DNA of 64,000 nucleotides from Escherichia coli (GTDB lineage Bacteria; Pseudomonadota; Gammaproteobacteria; Enterobacterales; Enterobacteriaceae): NCBI RefSeq assembly GCF_016026235.1, contig NZ_CP065613.1; one strand, 5' to 3'. Shown piece by piece: positions 1 to 9,595 of this stretch (position 1 is its first letter; each line of letters starts with the position of its first letter). The notes under the pieces were generated by a model. It saw only the letters and a program-made list of their open reading frames with translations, ran no database searches and was not told where the DNA came from. The position numbers and the translations under genes were made by a program.

Positions 1-357
1 CAATATCATCTTTTTCTGACCGCAATGCCGTCGGTGGCGTCTTCAGAGAACCAGTAATTCTTCCCGGTAGCTTTCCTTTGTAGGTTATCCACACATTCTG
101 CGCCTCTAAAATTATGGGGCGCTTTTCCGGCGACTGCTCATCCCCTTCACATAACCCGGCAGCAACATCCAGGAATACCTGTCTGATTCTCATTCTGGCC
201 GCTGCCTCATAAAACTCCAGCGCGGCACCTTCAACACGGTCCAGCGAGATGTCCAGGTCAAAAATTTCACCGTCAAAGCGTTTTTTGTCCCGTAACGCTA
301 AAGTTACCGCAACTTTATTCTCAAAATTGCGGATCCCTTTCACAATCAGTTCATAGT
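1..357 (-). CDS. phage hypothetical protein, partial (runs off window start), immediately downstream of holin (lysis-cassette position, but no lysozyme motifs recognised)
   Basis: Reverse-strand ATG at 357 preceded by GGGGAGAG SD 14 nt after holin stop; open to window edge; translation MTQNYELIVKGIRNFENK... protein-like. Confidence 0.4.
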
Positions 358-371
358 TTTGTGTCATTGAA

Positions 372-587
372 TTACTCTCCCCGCGCAGCCTTACGCTTGT
401 CTTCTCTTATTTTGAAATACAGGTTAGTCAGATATGTCAGCAGCCCAAACAGCAGACTCCCCAGCACGCCTATTGCCGCCCACTGAGACGGGGAAACCCT
501 GTCCAGCAACTGCAGGAACCAGTAGCCCGTTCCCACCGCTGACGTGGTGTATGACACACCTGTTGTGATTTTTTCCATCTGGTCCAT
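372..587 (-). CDS. class II phage holin (S21/EssD-like pinholin), dual start MDQMEK
   Basis: Translation ...[51 protein letters not shown] near-identical to phage 21 S / DLP12 EssD as remembered. Confidence 0.85.
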   Translation of the reverse strand: MDQMEKITTGVSYTTSAVGTGYWFLQLLDRVSPSQWAAIGVLGSLLFGLLTYLTNLYFKIREDKRKAARGE

Positions 588-894
588 ACCCCGTCTCCCG
601 TTATCCGGAAGCTGACAACAATAAAAAAGCCACCAGTTAACTACTGATGGCTCTGATAACTCATGCAAGCGTCTCAGACGATCCACTGACACTACCGGTG
701 AGTTTAACGATACCTTCCATTTGACTGGCTCACTTTTTATGATGATGCCGGTGCATTTATCTCCAGCACCAGACTTTCTATCTCAACGCCATACGTTGCA
801 TTTTTGGTAATATCCGTCAGCGTCAGTGCATTTAGTCCCACTGCCAGACTGTCTTTTATGGCCTGGAATGCCGGGCCAGTACGATGACGTAGTA

Positions 895-1098
895 TCACTC
901 CGGCTCAGTTGCACCACTGACCACCACATCACCTTCTGCTGCAATCGCCTGCATCAGGGTATAAGGGGTTATGGCCACCGGACTACCAAACGGCTGCCAG
1001 CCCTCTTTCAGTTTATGTGTCAGCTTTTCCGCAAGATCTGACGGCGGCGCCGCCCTGACAACATCATAGTGTTTAAATGCCATGGTTCTTTCCACCAT
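895..1098 (-). CDS. small phage protein between Q-tRNA region and holin (DUF1737-like)
   Basis: 62-67 aa ORF MAFKHYDVVRAAPPSDLAEKLTHKLKEGWQPFGSPVAITPYTLMQAIAAEGDVVVSG, position typical of small conserved ORF upstream of S in lambdoid prophages. Confidence 0.4.
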   Translation of the reverse strand: MVERTMAFKHYDVVRAAPPSDLAEKLTHKLKEGWQPFGSPVAITPYTLMQAIAAEGDVVVSGATEPE

Positions 1099-1343
1099 CT
1101 AAAAAATAATTCTTTAAAATACCTGACATGTAATACAGAAAAAGCACAAAACCATACATTAAATAAAAACCTGATTATCAAGCAGATATGCATGGATAAA
1201 CTACAAGACGAGATATAAACCACCCTGCATTTAAATAAACAATAAACAACATCAGAAAAATAATTCTGCTCTATGGTTTACATTCAAAAATATCATTTAT
1301 ACTTTTCAGAACATCACCAGCAAGACATAAACAAGGAAACTAA

Positions 1344-1679
1344 ATGAAGTGGATTGTGATTGATACAGTTATCCAGCCATCATGCGGAATATCTTTTTCA
1401 GTCATATGGAGTAAAATAAAATTAATAATCTGGTATCAATCGGATGCTTTCTTACCTCCTGAAAGTATATTTACACTGACTCACACAGGCATCATGCTCA
1501 ATAACAAAGTGCTACCTGTAACCATTTACAACGTAGTACCATTCAATAAAACATTCTGGAATTTAATCAAAAACAGCCAGGAATGCCCTACAAATACAGA
1601 TAACGTATTGAATGAATGCTTTAATAACCGTTGCACTCTGCAAATATGTCCTTATGGACTAAAACAACAAAGTCCATAA
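1344..1679 (+). CDS. AT-rich Cys-rich hypothetical ORF in moron slot (may be spurious)
   Basis: 111-aa ORF in a ~600 bp low-GC stretch between tRNA and holin; 3' end overlaps perfect 11-bp inverted repeat CCTTATGGACT..AGTCCATAAGG (1651-1682). Confidence 0.2.
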   Translation: MKWIVIDTVIQPSCGISFSVIWSKIKLIIWYQSDAFLPPESIFTLTHTGIMLNNKVLPVTIYNVVPFNKTFWNLIKNSQECPTNTDNVLNECFNNRCTLQICPYGLKQQSP

Positions 1680-2054
1680 GGAGTTTACTCACATCTGACA
1701 AAATCAATATAAACAGCCCCTCCGGAGAGGGGCTGGAGAGTGGCGCTATGTGCCATTGCATGGTGCCGGGTGCCTCCCGGTGAATTCAGTACCAGCACCT
1801 GAATCCGCGATTATCCCATATACCTACTCGCTGATTGCCCCTCCGCACAGGGGGATTCACCATGCCAGTTTCTTTTAACAAACTCCCCGCAAACCAGACA
1901 ACAGTCAACCGCCTGAATTGTGAAGTATTTAAAAATTTCTCCCGCTAACTGATACCCGGCTAACAGTCTGGCGTTTTCTTTTTCAGCAACGGGAAAGCAA
2001 CAACCCTGTTATCGTGTCGTCTGCTCTTCCTGATAAGCTAATGGCGGTTTGTGA

Positions 2055-2130
2055 TGGTGGCCCTTGCTGGATTTGAACCAGCGACCTGGCGATTATGAGT
2101 CGCTCGCTCTCACCACTGAGCTAAAGGGCC
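2055..2130 (-). tRNA. ileZ: tRNA with CAU anticodon, ileX/ileZ-like (tRNA-Ile2, lysidine) carried by prophage
   Basis: Reverse complement GGCCCTTTAGCTCAGTGGTGAGAGCGAGCGACTCATAATCGCCAGGTCGCTGGTTCAAATCCAGCAAGGGCCACCA: 7-bp acceptor stem pairs, CU-CAU-AA anticodon loop, T-loop GGTTCAAATCC, CCA end; close to E. coli ileX as remembered. Confidence 0.8.
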
Positions 2131-2168
2131 GGGAGCAGAATAATAACGGTCCGTAATTAATTCCGCAA

Positions 2169-2192
2169 TAAAAAACCCGCTCGGCGGCGGGT
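2169..2192 (-). terminator. tR'-like rho-independent terminator downstream of Q (late promoter pR' region)
   Basis: Minus strand ACCCGCCGCCGAGCGGGTTTTTTATT hairpin plus T-run ~80-100 nt after Q stop, matching the lambda pR'-tR' arrangement. Confidence 0.5.
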
Positions 2193-2273
2193 TGTAGAAA
2201 CTCTTCTAACGTCAGGCATAAAACGCCCATAGTTATGACGAATTTACCACAGATTCCGGAAAAATCAACCTTG

Positions 2274-3095
2274 TTACCTAGTTACCTTTTTTAACTGCCG
2301 CTCAGCCCATGCTTCTTCAATATCAAACCGGGTCACCAGCGCATCATAGAATTTCTTAACTGTTTTTTCCCATGACGCGCGTGTTATCTGGTTTGTCACC
2401 TCGCATATAGCATTAAATGCCTCCGTTGATGGTAGTCTTTCATAGCCACGACCACCACAACGCTGGCAGTCTCTGATAACAGGCATACCACGTTTTACCG
2501 ACTCTTCACGATGAATGGCGACACCACGCCCACGGCAATCCTTACAGGCGGTGGAAACCTCACCCTTTCCGCCACACTCCGGACAGGCAACTTTTACCAC
2601 CTCCCTGACTTTTTTCCATTCTTCCCAGTAAGACGGATACACACCTTTCGTACACTTTGCCCATACCGGCGGCTTACCATCCGGATACTGGACCTTGTTT
2701 GTAAAAACTACGCTTTCAATAAATTTTTCCCCATAGCAACAAGGGCACTGCTTTTTACTCGCTGCGCTGCGGGCATAATCCTCAAAAGCGTACGAAGCCA
2801 TAATGCGCATCACTACCGGTTTTATTTCTGCCGGAAGTTTTCTCAACGCCGCCACACGATCGCACCGACTGAGTGCATAATCAGCCAGTAATTCTGTTGC
2901 CCGCGCCCTGTCATTCATACTGATGCCCATTTTCCCCAGGAACGCAGAAAACCCCATCTCAGCCCGATTCTGTGTCATGCCCTGCGCGGCCATCACATCA
3001 GTGATACTCAGCGCATCTTTTGACGTTGAGGCCGATGCATCGGTCAGGCAAGGGGATTTTGGGGAGTAGTATTTCGGTAAATCTTCCAGTTTCAT
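2274..3095 (-). CDS. late-gene antitermination protein Q-like
   Basis: 273 aa, multiple CxxC pairs (CPCC..CPEC..CKDC..CQRC) forming a Zn-finger region, position between rusA and tR'/tRNA/holin. Confidence 0.6.
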   Translation of the reverse strand: MKLEDLPKYYSPKSPCLTDASASTSKDALSITDVMAAQGMTQNRAEMGFSAFLGKMGISMNDRARATELLADYALSRCDRVAALRKLPAEIKPVVMRIMASYAFEDYARSAASKKQCPCCYGEKFIESVVFTNKVQYPDGKPPVWAKCTKGVYPSYWEEWKKVREVVKVACPECGGKGEVSTACKDCRGRGVAIHREESVKRGMPVIRDCQRCGGRGYERLPSTEAFNAICEVTNQITRASWEKTVKKFYDALVTRFDIEEAWAERQLKKVTR

Positions 3096-3466
3096 TTTTT
3101 GACCTGCTCTTCATGCATTATGGGGTAAATCTTCACCCCCAGACGTCCTCCAGATACTGGCTGACCACGAACGATATTGATTTCATCAAACTGCTCATCG
3201 TCCATTAACACTCCCGCATGTGTCAGTGCATCCAGTGGTGCTTTCAGGATATTGTCCAGGTCACGACGGCGCTTATCCGGTGGCTCTGCAATAATCTTTA
3301 TCGCCAGTCTTCCGGACAGGCTTAATTTCAGTCGCTGCTGACGGACAATAAGCGCCACATCCCGGCGATAACGCTCACCGGCTTTTGATACAAAATATGT
3401 GTTGTCACGACGTCGCCAGTAAGTATTCACCGTCGGCGGATAAGGTAAAATAAACTCATGGCGCAT
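3092..3466 (-). CDS. rusA: RusA-family Holliday junction resolvase
   Basis: 124 aa with PxxxNxYW N-terminus and RRRDLDN motif as in E. coli RusA; ATGA overlap with Q. Confidence 0.85.
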   Translation of the reverse strand: MRHEFILPYPPTVNTYWRRRDNTYFVSKAGERYRRDVALIVRQQRLKLSLSGRLAIKIIAEPPDKRRRDLDNILKAPLDALTHAGVLMDDEQFDEINIVRGQPVSGGRLGVKIYPIMHEEQVKK

Positions 3467-3723
3467 CAGCGCAGCACCTCCTGCACCAGTTTTTCAAACT
3501 TTCCGACTCTGGTTTCCAGCTCTGCCACACAGTCCACCAGCTCATCTACTGCTTTCTGTGCGCGATGCTTCGCCTGCATCAGTTCCCGAAGCGCGGGTAC
3601 CATATCTTTACGGATAGCATCTTTTGTTATGCCCGTTTTTTCGAGTTGTTCAGCATGACGCAGCATTTCCTGCGCGTGTTTACGCAATTGTTCAGGGGTA
3701 AAAGTCATTGTCTGGTTGTTCAA
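3466..3723 (-). CDS. hypothetical phage protein (coiled-coil, 85 aa)
   Basis: ORF stop/start overlaps rusA; charged helical composition. Confidence 0.5.
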   Translation of the reverse strand: MNNQTMTFTPEQLRKHAQEMLRHAEQLEKTGITKDAIRKDMVPALRELMQAKHRAQKAVDELVDCVAELETRVGKFEKLVQEVLR

Positions 3724-4753
3724 AAGAAACGCTCCATCTTACTGCTGTCAGTTCGTTTATTACTGTATCTGCGCGGATTGCCGGGCTTCATGGGAGTGGA
3801 AAGCACCCGTGCACTTTCCTGGTCCACAGGCAGAAAATGTCCGTTATAAAAACGCCGGTAAATCGTTCCCAGAGAACCGTTACGTTGTTTCGTGATATTG
3901 ATTTCTGCGATGCCCCTGGCCTGCGTATCCGGGTTGTACACTTCATCCCTGTAAAGCATCAGAATGATGTCTGCATCCGCCTCTATTTCTCCGGAATTTT
4001 TCAGGTCTGAGTTCATGGGACGTTTATTGGGTCTGGACTCCACACCGCGGGAGAGCTGGCTCAGCGCAATCAACGGAAAACCACCGGATTTTGCCAGGCC
4101 TTTAAGCCCCTTTGAGATTTCACCCACGGCAAGGTCATGACGCCCCGTGGTTCGGGTTTTTATCAGCCCGAGATAATCAACCACCACCAGCGCCGTTTCC
4201 GGATGTTTAATCAGATGGTGTTTCGTTGTTGCGCATATCTCATCAATGGTCAGGTTCGCCTGGTCCACCATCCAGATATTGCGCCCGGTCATCCGCCCCA
4301 CCCCTTGTGAGAAACGCGCCCAGTCTTCATCTTCAAAGTGAGCCACAGATTTCAGGCGTGATACTGGCATCCCTCCAGCCGCAGACACCATACGTTCACC
4401 AATCTGGATGTTCGCCATCTCCATGGTGAACAGAAGCACACCATGCCCCTGCTCAGTCACCTTGTCGATGATGTCCAGCGCAAGTTCGGTTTTCCCCATC
4501 GAAGGACGAGCCGCAATAAATACCAGGTCGCCGGGCTCCATGCCGCCTGTTTTTGCGTCCAGTTCATCAATACCGGTCATCAACGTCCTGGATTTCTCCA
4601 GTCCCTGATTCCGGCATTCAACACGCTCAACCACCTCCGGAAGCACATCATCAATATGTACCGACTGAATAACGCCCTTTTCCGTCGACAATGAGGCCAT
4701 CATGTTCTGTGCATCCTTAAGAGCATCTTCAGCTGCTTCACAGGTATGCGCAT
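3720..4753 (-). pseudogene. DnaB-family phage replicative helicase, C-terminal ATPase part (interrupted by IS600 copy 1)
   Basis: Walker A ARPSMGKTELAL, DnaB-like motifs; the first 16 residues of the annotated ORF (MPFYFRKECPLNSGYL) are encoded by the IS inverted repeat. Confidence 0.8.
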
Positions 4754-4817
4754 TGAGGTAGCCTGAGTTTAACGGACACTCCTTCCTGAAATAGAATGGC
4801 ATCAGAAGGAGCTAATA

Positions 4818-5120
4818 ATGAGCAGAAAAAACCAACGTTACTCTAAAGAGTTCAAAGCCGAAGCTGTCAGAACGGTTCTTGAAAATCAACTTTCGATCAG
4901 TGAAGGCGCTTCCCGATTATCCCTTCCTGAAGGCACTTTAGGACAATGGGTTACCGCCGCCAGAAAAGGGCTCGGTACTCCTGGTTCCCGCACGGTGGCT
5001 GAACTGGAATCTGAAATTCTGCAACTGCGTAAGGCGTTAAATGAAGCTCGCCTTGAGCGAGATATATTAAAAAAAGCAACAGCGTATTTTGCACAGGAGT
5101 CGCTGAAAAATACGCGTTAA
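4818..5120 (+). CDS. IS600-like OrfA (HTH transposase N-terminal protein)
   Basis: 100 aa MSRKNQRYSKEFKAEAVRTV..., IS3-family OrfA; TTAAAAAAAG frameshift motif near 3' end. Confidence 0.9.
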   Translation: MSRKNQRYSKEFKAEAVRTVLENQLSISEGASRLSLPEGTLGQWVTAARKGLGTPGSRTVAELESEILQLRKALNEARLERDILKKATAYFAQESLKNTR

Positions 5121-5155
5121 TCGAACAATGGCGACAACAATTTCCCATTGAAGCG

Positions 5156-5974
5156 ATGTGTCAGGTATTTGGTGTATCCAGGAGCGGTTATTACAACTGG
5201 GTACAGCATGAACCCTCAGACAGAAAACAAAGTGATGAGCGGCTAAAACTGGAGATTAAGGTGGCACATATCCGCACTCGCGAAACATATGGAACCCGGC
5301 GGCTCCAGACGGAGCTGGCAGAGAATGGCATCATCGTTGGTCGTGACCGACTGGCACGTCTTCGTAAGGAGCTAAGGCTACGCTGTAAGCAGAAACGCAA
5401 GTTCAGAGCGACTACGAACCCGAACCACAATCTGCCAGTTGCGCCAAATCTGCTGAACCAGACGTTCGCTCCTACAGCACCAAATCAGGTCTGGGTGGCG
5501 GACCTGACGTATGTTGCCACACAGGAGGGATGGTTGTACCTCGCTGGCATCAAAGATGTTTATACGTGCGAAATTGTCGGCTACGCCATGGGAGAGCGCA
5601 TGACAAAAGAGCTGACAGGTAAAGCCCTGTTTATGGCGCTCAGGAGCCAGCGCCCACCTGCCGGGCTAATCCACCACTCTGATCGAGGTTCACAGTACTG
5701 CGCATACGATTACCGGGTCATACAGGAGCAGTCTGGTCTGAAAACATCAATGTCGCGTAAAGGTAACTGTTACGACAACGCTCCGATGGAAAGCTTCTGG
5801 GGAACGCTGAAAAATGAGAGCCTGAGCCACTATCGTTTTAATAACCGGGATGAAGCCATCTCAGTAATACGGGAATACATTGAGATTTTCTACAATCGTC
5901 AGCGTCGTCACTCTCGTCTGGGGAATATCTCCCCGGCAGCCTTCAGGGAAAAATATCATCAGATGGCTGCTTAA
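5156..5974 (+). CDS. IS600-like OrfB (DDE transposase, expressed as OrfAB by -1 frameshift)
   Basis: 272 aa with DDE/integrase core (HSDRGSQY... NCYDNAPMESFW). Confidence 0.9.
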   Translation: MCQVFGVSRSGYYNWVQHEPSDRKQSDERLKLEIKVAHIRTRETYGTRRLQTELAENGIIVGRDRLARLRKELRLRCKQKRKFRATTNPNHNLPVAPNLLNQTFAPTAPNQVWVADLTYVATQEGWLYLAGIKDVYTCEIVGYAMGERMTKELTGKALFMALRSQRPPAGLIHHSDRGSQYCAYDYRVIQEQSGLKTSMSRKGNCYDNAPMESFWGTLKNESLSHYRFNNRDEAISVIREYIEIFYNRQRRHSRLGNISPAAFREKYHQMAA

Positions 5975-6017
5975 AAAAAGAACAAATGGTAGTGTCCGCT
6001 ATTGCCAGTACACCTCA

Positions 6018-6378
6018 CATCGCGTAATTTCTGTAATGCCTCGTTCAGTGTTTTTTCTGCATCGCGCAGTGCGGCATTGCGCCGCAACGCTGCAACATAG
6101 TGCTCCAGTGAAGACTTCACCCAGGTTTTACGCCCGGTATCAGTAATCACCGGGGCAAGTTCTGGCATCTCATTGCACAACAGCACAGGATCAATCACGC
6201 CGGACACACGGGCCTGTCTGCAGATGCCTGTGTAGATATCCCGGTACGGTCGTACAGAAAAAACGTCCGCCGGTAGTGTGGCCAGAATATCCATCACTTC
6301 AGGATCTGCTCCGCGCAGAAAGAACGCGCCGATGACAGCGCCTTCAAGGTCATCGTTACGCCATACTGGAGTTGTCAT
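6018..6378 (-). pseudogene. DnaB-family helicase, N-terminal domain part (separated from 3720-4753 by IS600)
   Basis: MTTPVWRNDDLEGAVIGAFFLRGADPEVMDILATLPADVF... resembles DnaB N-terminal domain; C-terminal tail of annotated ORF is IS-derived. Confidence 0.75.
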
Positions 6379-7262
6379 GCAGCCACACCTCTGATACGAG
6401 AACGGTAACTGGGCCAGTTAAACGACAACCAGTTGCGTCCCCCGTCTGTGATCCTGTCGGCAATTCGGGGACTGATGAACGCCCACAACTCTTCCGGTGA
6501 GAGGTTACTGATCAGAATGGTGGGCAAGATACTTTCGTACCTGGCGTTGATAATTTCCTGCAAAATAGCCATTTCAGCCGCGCTGCCAAACTGAACGCCA
6601 ACTTCGTCGATGATCAGCAAATCCATTGACGCATAACGCTCAATAACTTCATCCGCTGTTTTTTCGCTGTCATTCCGCCAGCAATTTTTCACAGCACGGG
6701 TAAGGCGCATCACGTCGGTGATCTCCACACTGGCCAGATAGTTACGGATGATGTGTTTTGCCATAGCCACAGCCAGATGATTTTTTCCGGTACCACAACT
6801 GCCGGTCATAACAAGACTGGTACCGTTCTCCAGCATATCTGGCCAGTTCTCCGCATAGCGGCGACAGGCCGCAAGATTTCTGGCTGCGTCAGGATTAACC
6901 TCCAGATAATTATCAAACTCGCAGTCCCGAAAACGCAGGGCAATTCCGGCGTTATCAGTCAGCTCTTCCGCCTTGATGGACGACAGCTCCATGGTCAAAT
7001 CGTTGGCCTCAGCGATTAAGCAGTCAGGGCAGCATGAAATTTTTTCTCTGTCCTCGCCATTACGATCGCTCCACACCAGTATATGCGTGTGATATTCGCC
7101 ATGTTTTTCGCAATATCCGCGACCTTCACGCATCAGGCAGGAACGATAAGGCCATGGCTTTTCGCCCTTCTGAGCAAATGCAATCTCTGCCCGTAACTCA
7201 TCCATTCGCGCCTGTAGTCTTTTTTGTTGTTCACGCAGGTTAAACGTCATCATCGCTGTCAC
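6375..7262 (-). CDS. DnaC-like helicase loader (IstB-like AAA+ ATPase) with N-terminal Cys-rich domain
   Basis: Walker A MTGSCGTGKNHLAVAMA, Walker B LLIIDEVG; overlaps helicase start. Confidence 0.8.
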   Translation of the reverse strand: MTAMMTFNLREQQKRLQARMDELRAEIAFAQKGEKPWPYRSCLMREGRGYCEKHGEYHTHILVWSDRNGEDREKISCCPDCLIAEANDLTMELSSIKAEELTDNAGIALRFRDCEFDNYLEVNPDAARNLAACRRYAENWPDMLENGTSLVMTGSCGTGKNHLAVAMAKHIIRNYLASVEITDVMRLTRAVKNCWRNDSEKTADEVIERYASMDLLIIDEVGVQFGSAAEMAILQEIINARYESILPTILISNLSPEELWAFISPRIADRITDGGRNWLSFNWPSYRSRIRGVAA

Positions 7263-7263
7263 C

Positions 7264-8178
7264 TCAGAATGTCAGTTTGTCACTGGATTTACCGAATTTG
7301 TCAGACATGGCTCCCAGGCCAGCCAGGACATCGACCTGTCGCTGTCGCCCACCTCCGGGAGCGGCTGGCTGTTGCCAGAAGTCTTCGAAGTGACGATCGG
7401 GTCCAAAGAACGTCGCTGCCTGCTTCACGAACTGTGTGCCGTTATTTCCTGTGGCACGTATCCAGGCGGCATACCGCTTCACGCCATCAAGCATGGTCTC
7501 CGGTTTTATTCCCTCCCTGATACGGGCTTTCCAGGCTTTGAAGGCTGCGGATTTTGAGTTACCACCAGCACGTTTTGGATATTCCTGCCAGGCCTGTTCA
7601 AATTCCGGTGAATATTCCTGTCGGGCAGAACGCGCTGGTGCAGACGCGTCAGCGGATGCGCCAATAGTGTTTTTACTCTCTGTAGTATTCTCTGAAGTAA
7701 TCTCTGTTGTATTCTCTGTAAGATCGAAATTGGTTTTCCCTTCTCCGCGGCGAGGGGTTTCCCGTGTCCGCGGTGAAGGCTTTCCCTCCTCCGCGAAATT
7801 GGGTTTTACAGTTTCCCGAAAACGGGTTTCCCCATTTCGGGAAAACTGATTGTTTTCATTGATAATTTCATTAAGGCGCTCACAATCTATACGGTAGAAC
7901 ATTTTGTGCTCAAGACGCTTGTTGGTTTCAACCAAAATGCCTCTGGACACAAGATGCTTACGCGCTACAGCCTGTTGTTCAAATGTAAGTCCGGTTTCGT
8001 GTTGTATCTCTTCACGCGTTTTATGTACGCCTTCCGCTGCATGTGCTTTATCCTGCCAGTAAAAAATCTGACCAAAGAAAATAACAGCGTGCGGACTTCC
8101 CATGTATTTAACGAGCCCAGGGTAATAAGCAACCGGATGTCCAAAATCGAGCAGAAGATCAGACGGACGCATAGCCAC
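7264..8178 (-). CDS. phage replication initiator, lambda O-like, with internal origin repeats
   Basis: 304 aa, low-complexity linker ENTTEITSENTTESKNT encoded by direct repeats; immediately upstream of the DnaC/DnaB module. Confidence 0.6.
   Translation of the reverse strand: MAMRPSDLLLDFGHPVAYYPGLVKYMGSPHAVIFFGQIFYWQDKAHAAEGVHKTREEIQHETGLTFEQQAVARKHLVSRGILVETNKRLEHKMFYRIDCERLNEIINENNQFSRNGETRFRETVKPNFAEEGKPSPRTRETPRRGEGKTNFDLTENTTEITSENTTESKNTIGASADASAPARSARQEYSPEFEQAWQEYPKRAGGNSKSAAFKAWKARIREGIKPETMLDGVKRYAAWIRATGNNGTQFVKQAATFFGPDRHFEDFWQQPAAPGGGRQRQVDVLAGLGAMSDKFGKSSDKLTF
7676..7725. repeat. four tandem ~12-bp direct repeats (TCTCTGnnGTAt) = putative ori iterons inside O gene, followed by CCGCGG-containing repeats and AT-rich tract to ~7880
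   Basis: ctctctgtagtatt / ctctgaagtaat / ctctgttgtatt / ctctgtaagatc seen directly. Confidence 0.55.
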
Positions 8179-8392
8179 CTCCCAGGCGTTTAAACATTTT
8201 TCCGGACTGAAACGCCACCAGCGGATAACTCAGGGTATGAGTACGTCCCTGAACCTGGCAGACAACCTTCTGGCTTTCTGTATTGACCAGGCAAACCCGC
8301 AGAACGTGGCCGTTGCTGGTGGTGAACCACTGCCCCACTCGGGGGCAACGGTTGTATCGGTGATACAGGGAATTAACGATGCGGCGAATCAT
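8159..8392 (-). CDS. hypothetical 77-aa protein, translationally coupled between Rha and O
   Basis: ATGA overlap with Rha stop and overlap with O start. Confidence 0.3.
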   Translation of the reverse strand: MIRRIVNSLYHRYNRCPRVGQWFTTSNGHVLRVCLVNTESQKVVCQVQGRTHTLSYPLVAFQSGKMFKRLGGGYASV

Positions 8393-8952
8393 GGACGCAC
8401 CTCCTTGTCAGAACCATTCAGCCTGGAATCAACAAGTGCAGCACCAAAAACAGCATCACCTACACGGTCGTACAGTTTGCTGGCCAGCGGAGATTCAACA
8501 GCCTTAAGCATTGGGTAAAGCTGGCTTGTCCAGATTTGATGGATTTCACGCAAATGCAGGTATACGCCTCTGGCGTTTTGTGCGACAGATGACATGTCAG
8601 CCGCACCAGCTCCTGATAAGCTCCTCTCCATCTGGTTAAAGGCATTGATGTATGCCTCTTTGAACCGGGCGGCACGTTTACCAGTGAAGCCCATAGCAAG
8701 GAAGGCGAAGCCGTCGCGGGTGATTTGGTAGCAGGGAAGTTTGCGAGTACCGCCGTTGGGCTGGCGTACCAAAATTGATGTCTCCGCAAAATTGCGGGCA
8801 CAAAACTCTGGAGAACAATCCAAAATGCGGATCTTTTTCAGAACATCGTCATGACGTTTAGAGAAGAAGTTGGCAACAGCCAGGGATGAAGTAACAGCCT
8901 GACCATCAACGATGGCAATTTCAGGTTGAGTGAGGGTTGGGATCGTAGCCAT
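8389..8952 (-). CDS. Rha-family phage regulatory protein
   Basis: 187 aa from MATIPTLTQPEIAIVDGQAVTSSLAVANFFSKRHDDVLKKIRILDC...; the long upstream in-frame extension to 10251 is judged non-coding. Confidence 0.7.
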   Translation of the reverse strand: MATIPTLTQPEIAIVDGQAVTSSLAVANFFSKRHDDVLKKIRILDCSPEFCARNFAETSILVRQPNGGTRKLPCYQITRDGFAFLAMGFTGKRAARFKEAYINAFNQMERSLSGAGAADMSSVAQNARGVYLHLREIHQIWTSQLYPMLKAVESPLASKLYDRVGDAVFGAALVDSRLNGSDKEVRP

Positions 8953-9306
8953 GATGGCAGCCTCTTTGGTGATTTTTAATAACTCACCACCAAAGCTTCT
9001 CACGGCAATAGGTGGTGAGACGTACAGGGGTGAGAAACCGGTCACCAAAGAACCCGGCCCAACCGAAGTTGGCCCTGCACGCCCCACCATAATTTGGGCG
9101 TAATGCTGCTCATGACACAAAAAAACCGCAAGAGCGCGGTTGTGCGCTTTGGTGAATTCCGGGTTCTCACGCCCGGCACCCGCTTTATAAGGTGCGGAGA
9201 CAGTGTAACGTCCCGAAATTGCAGAATCAATATCAAAATGTTGTAGCTGTGGACAACGCGAAGCCTTGTTGTTATTGTTTACAACAAGAACCAGAGGAAG
9301 CTTTAA

Positions 9307-9594
9307 ATGCCATCCAGACTGTATAAACAGTTCATCCGTCATCTCGGTGAATCTGAATACATACGAATCCGCATATGGGAAGTGGAGCCTGCTGTATTGG
9401 GTAGCCAGCACAACTACAAATACAGCATGGCTTATGTCGTTGATGGCATGTGTGTGATGCGTTACGACAACGAACGGGGTAAAGGCGATCACAAACACAT
9501 TGGTAGTCAGGAAGTCAGCACCAGCTTTGTCACCATTGAACAACTGCTCGCTGATTTTCTGGCTGACGTTGAATCCATCCGCAGAGGTATCTGA
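9307..9594 (+). CDS. small protein, putative toxin-like partner of downstream wHTH gene
   Basis: 95 aa; stop TGA followed 1 nt later by ATG of next ORF; strand opposite to surrounding phage early genes. Confidence 0.45.
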   Translation: MPSRLYKQFIRHLGESEYIRIRIWEVEPAVLGSQHNYKYSMAYVVDGMCVMRYDNERGKGDHKHIGSQEVSTSFVTIEQLLADFLADVESIRRGI

Positions 9595-9595
9595 C

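Larger units (their letters stand above)
4754..6017 (+). mobile_element. IS3-family insertion sequence, IS600-like, copy 1 (1264 bp)
   Basis: Ends TGAGGTAGCCTGAGTTTAACGGACAC ... GTACACCTCA; 3-bp target duplication CAT (4751-4753 and 6018-6020); orfA/orfB with A7G slippery site. Confidence 0.9.

Noticed and set aside
1020-1223. 67-aa minus ORF overlapping 895-1098
   Set aside because: It is extremely AT-rich, overlaps a better ORF and has a low-complexity translation.
600-2050. Searched for stxA/stxB or another toxin gene between the tRNA and holin
   Set aside because: No ORF in this slot has A-subunit or B-pentamer size or motifs. Only short AT-rich ORFs are present.
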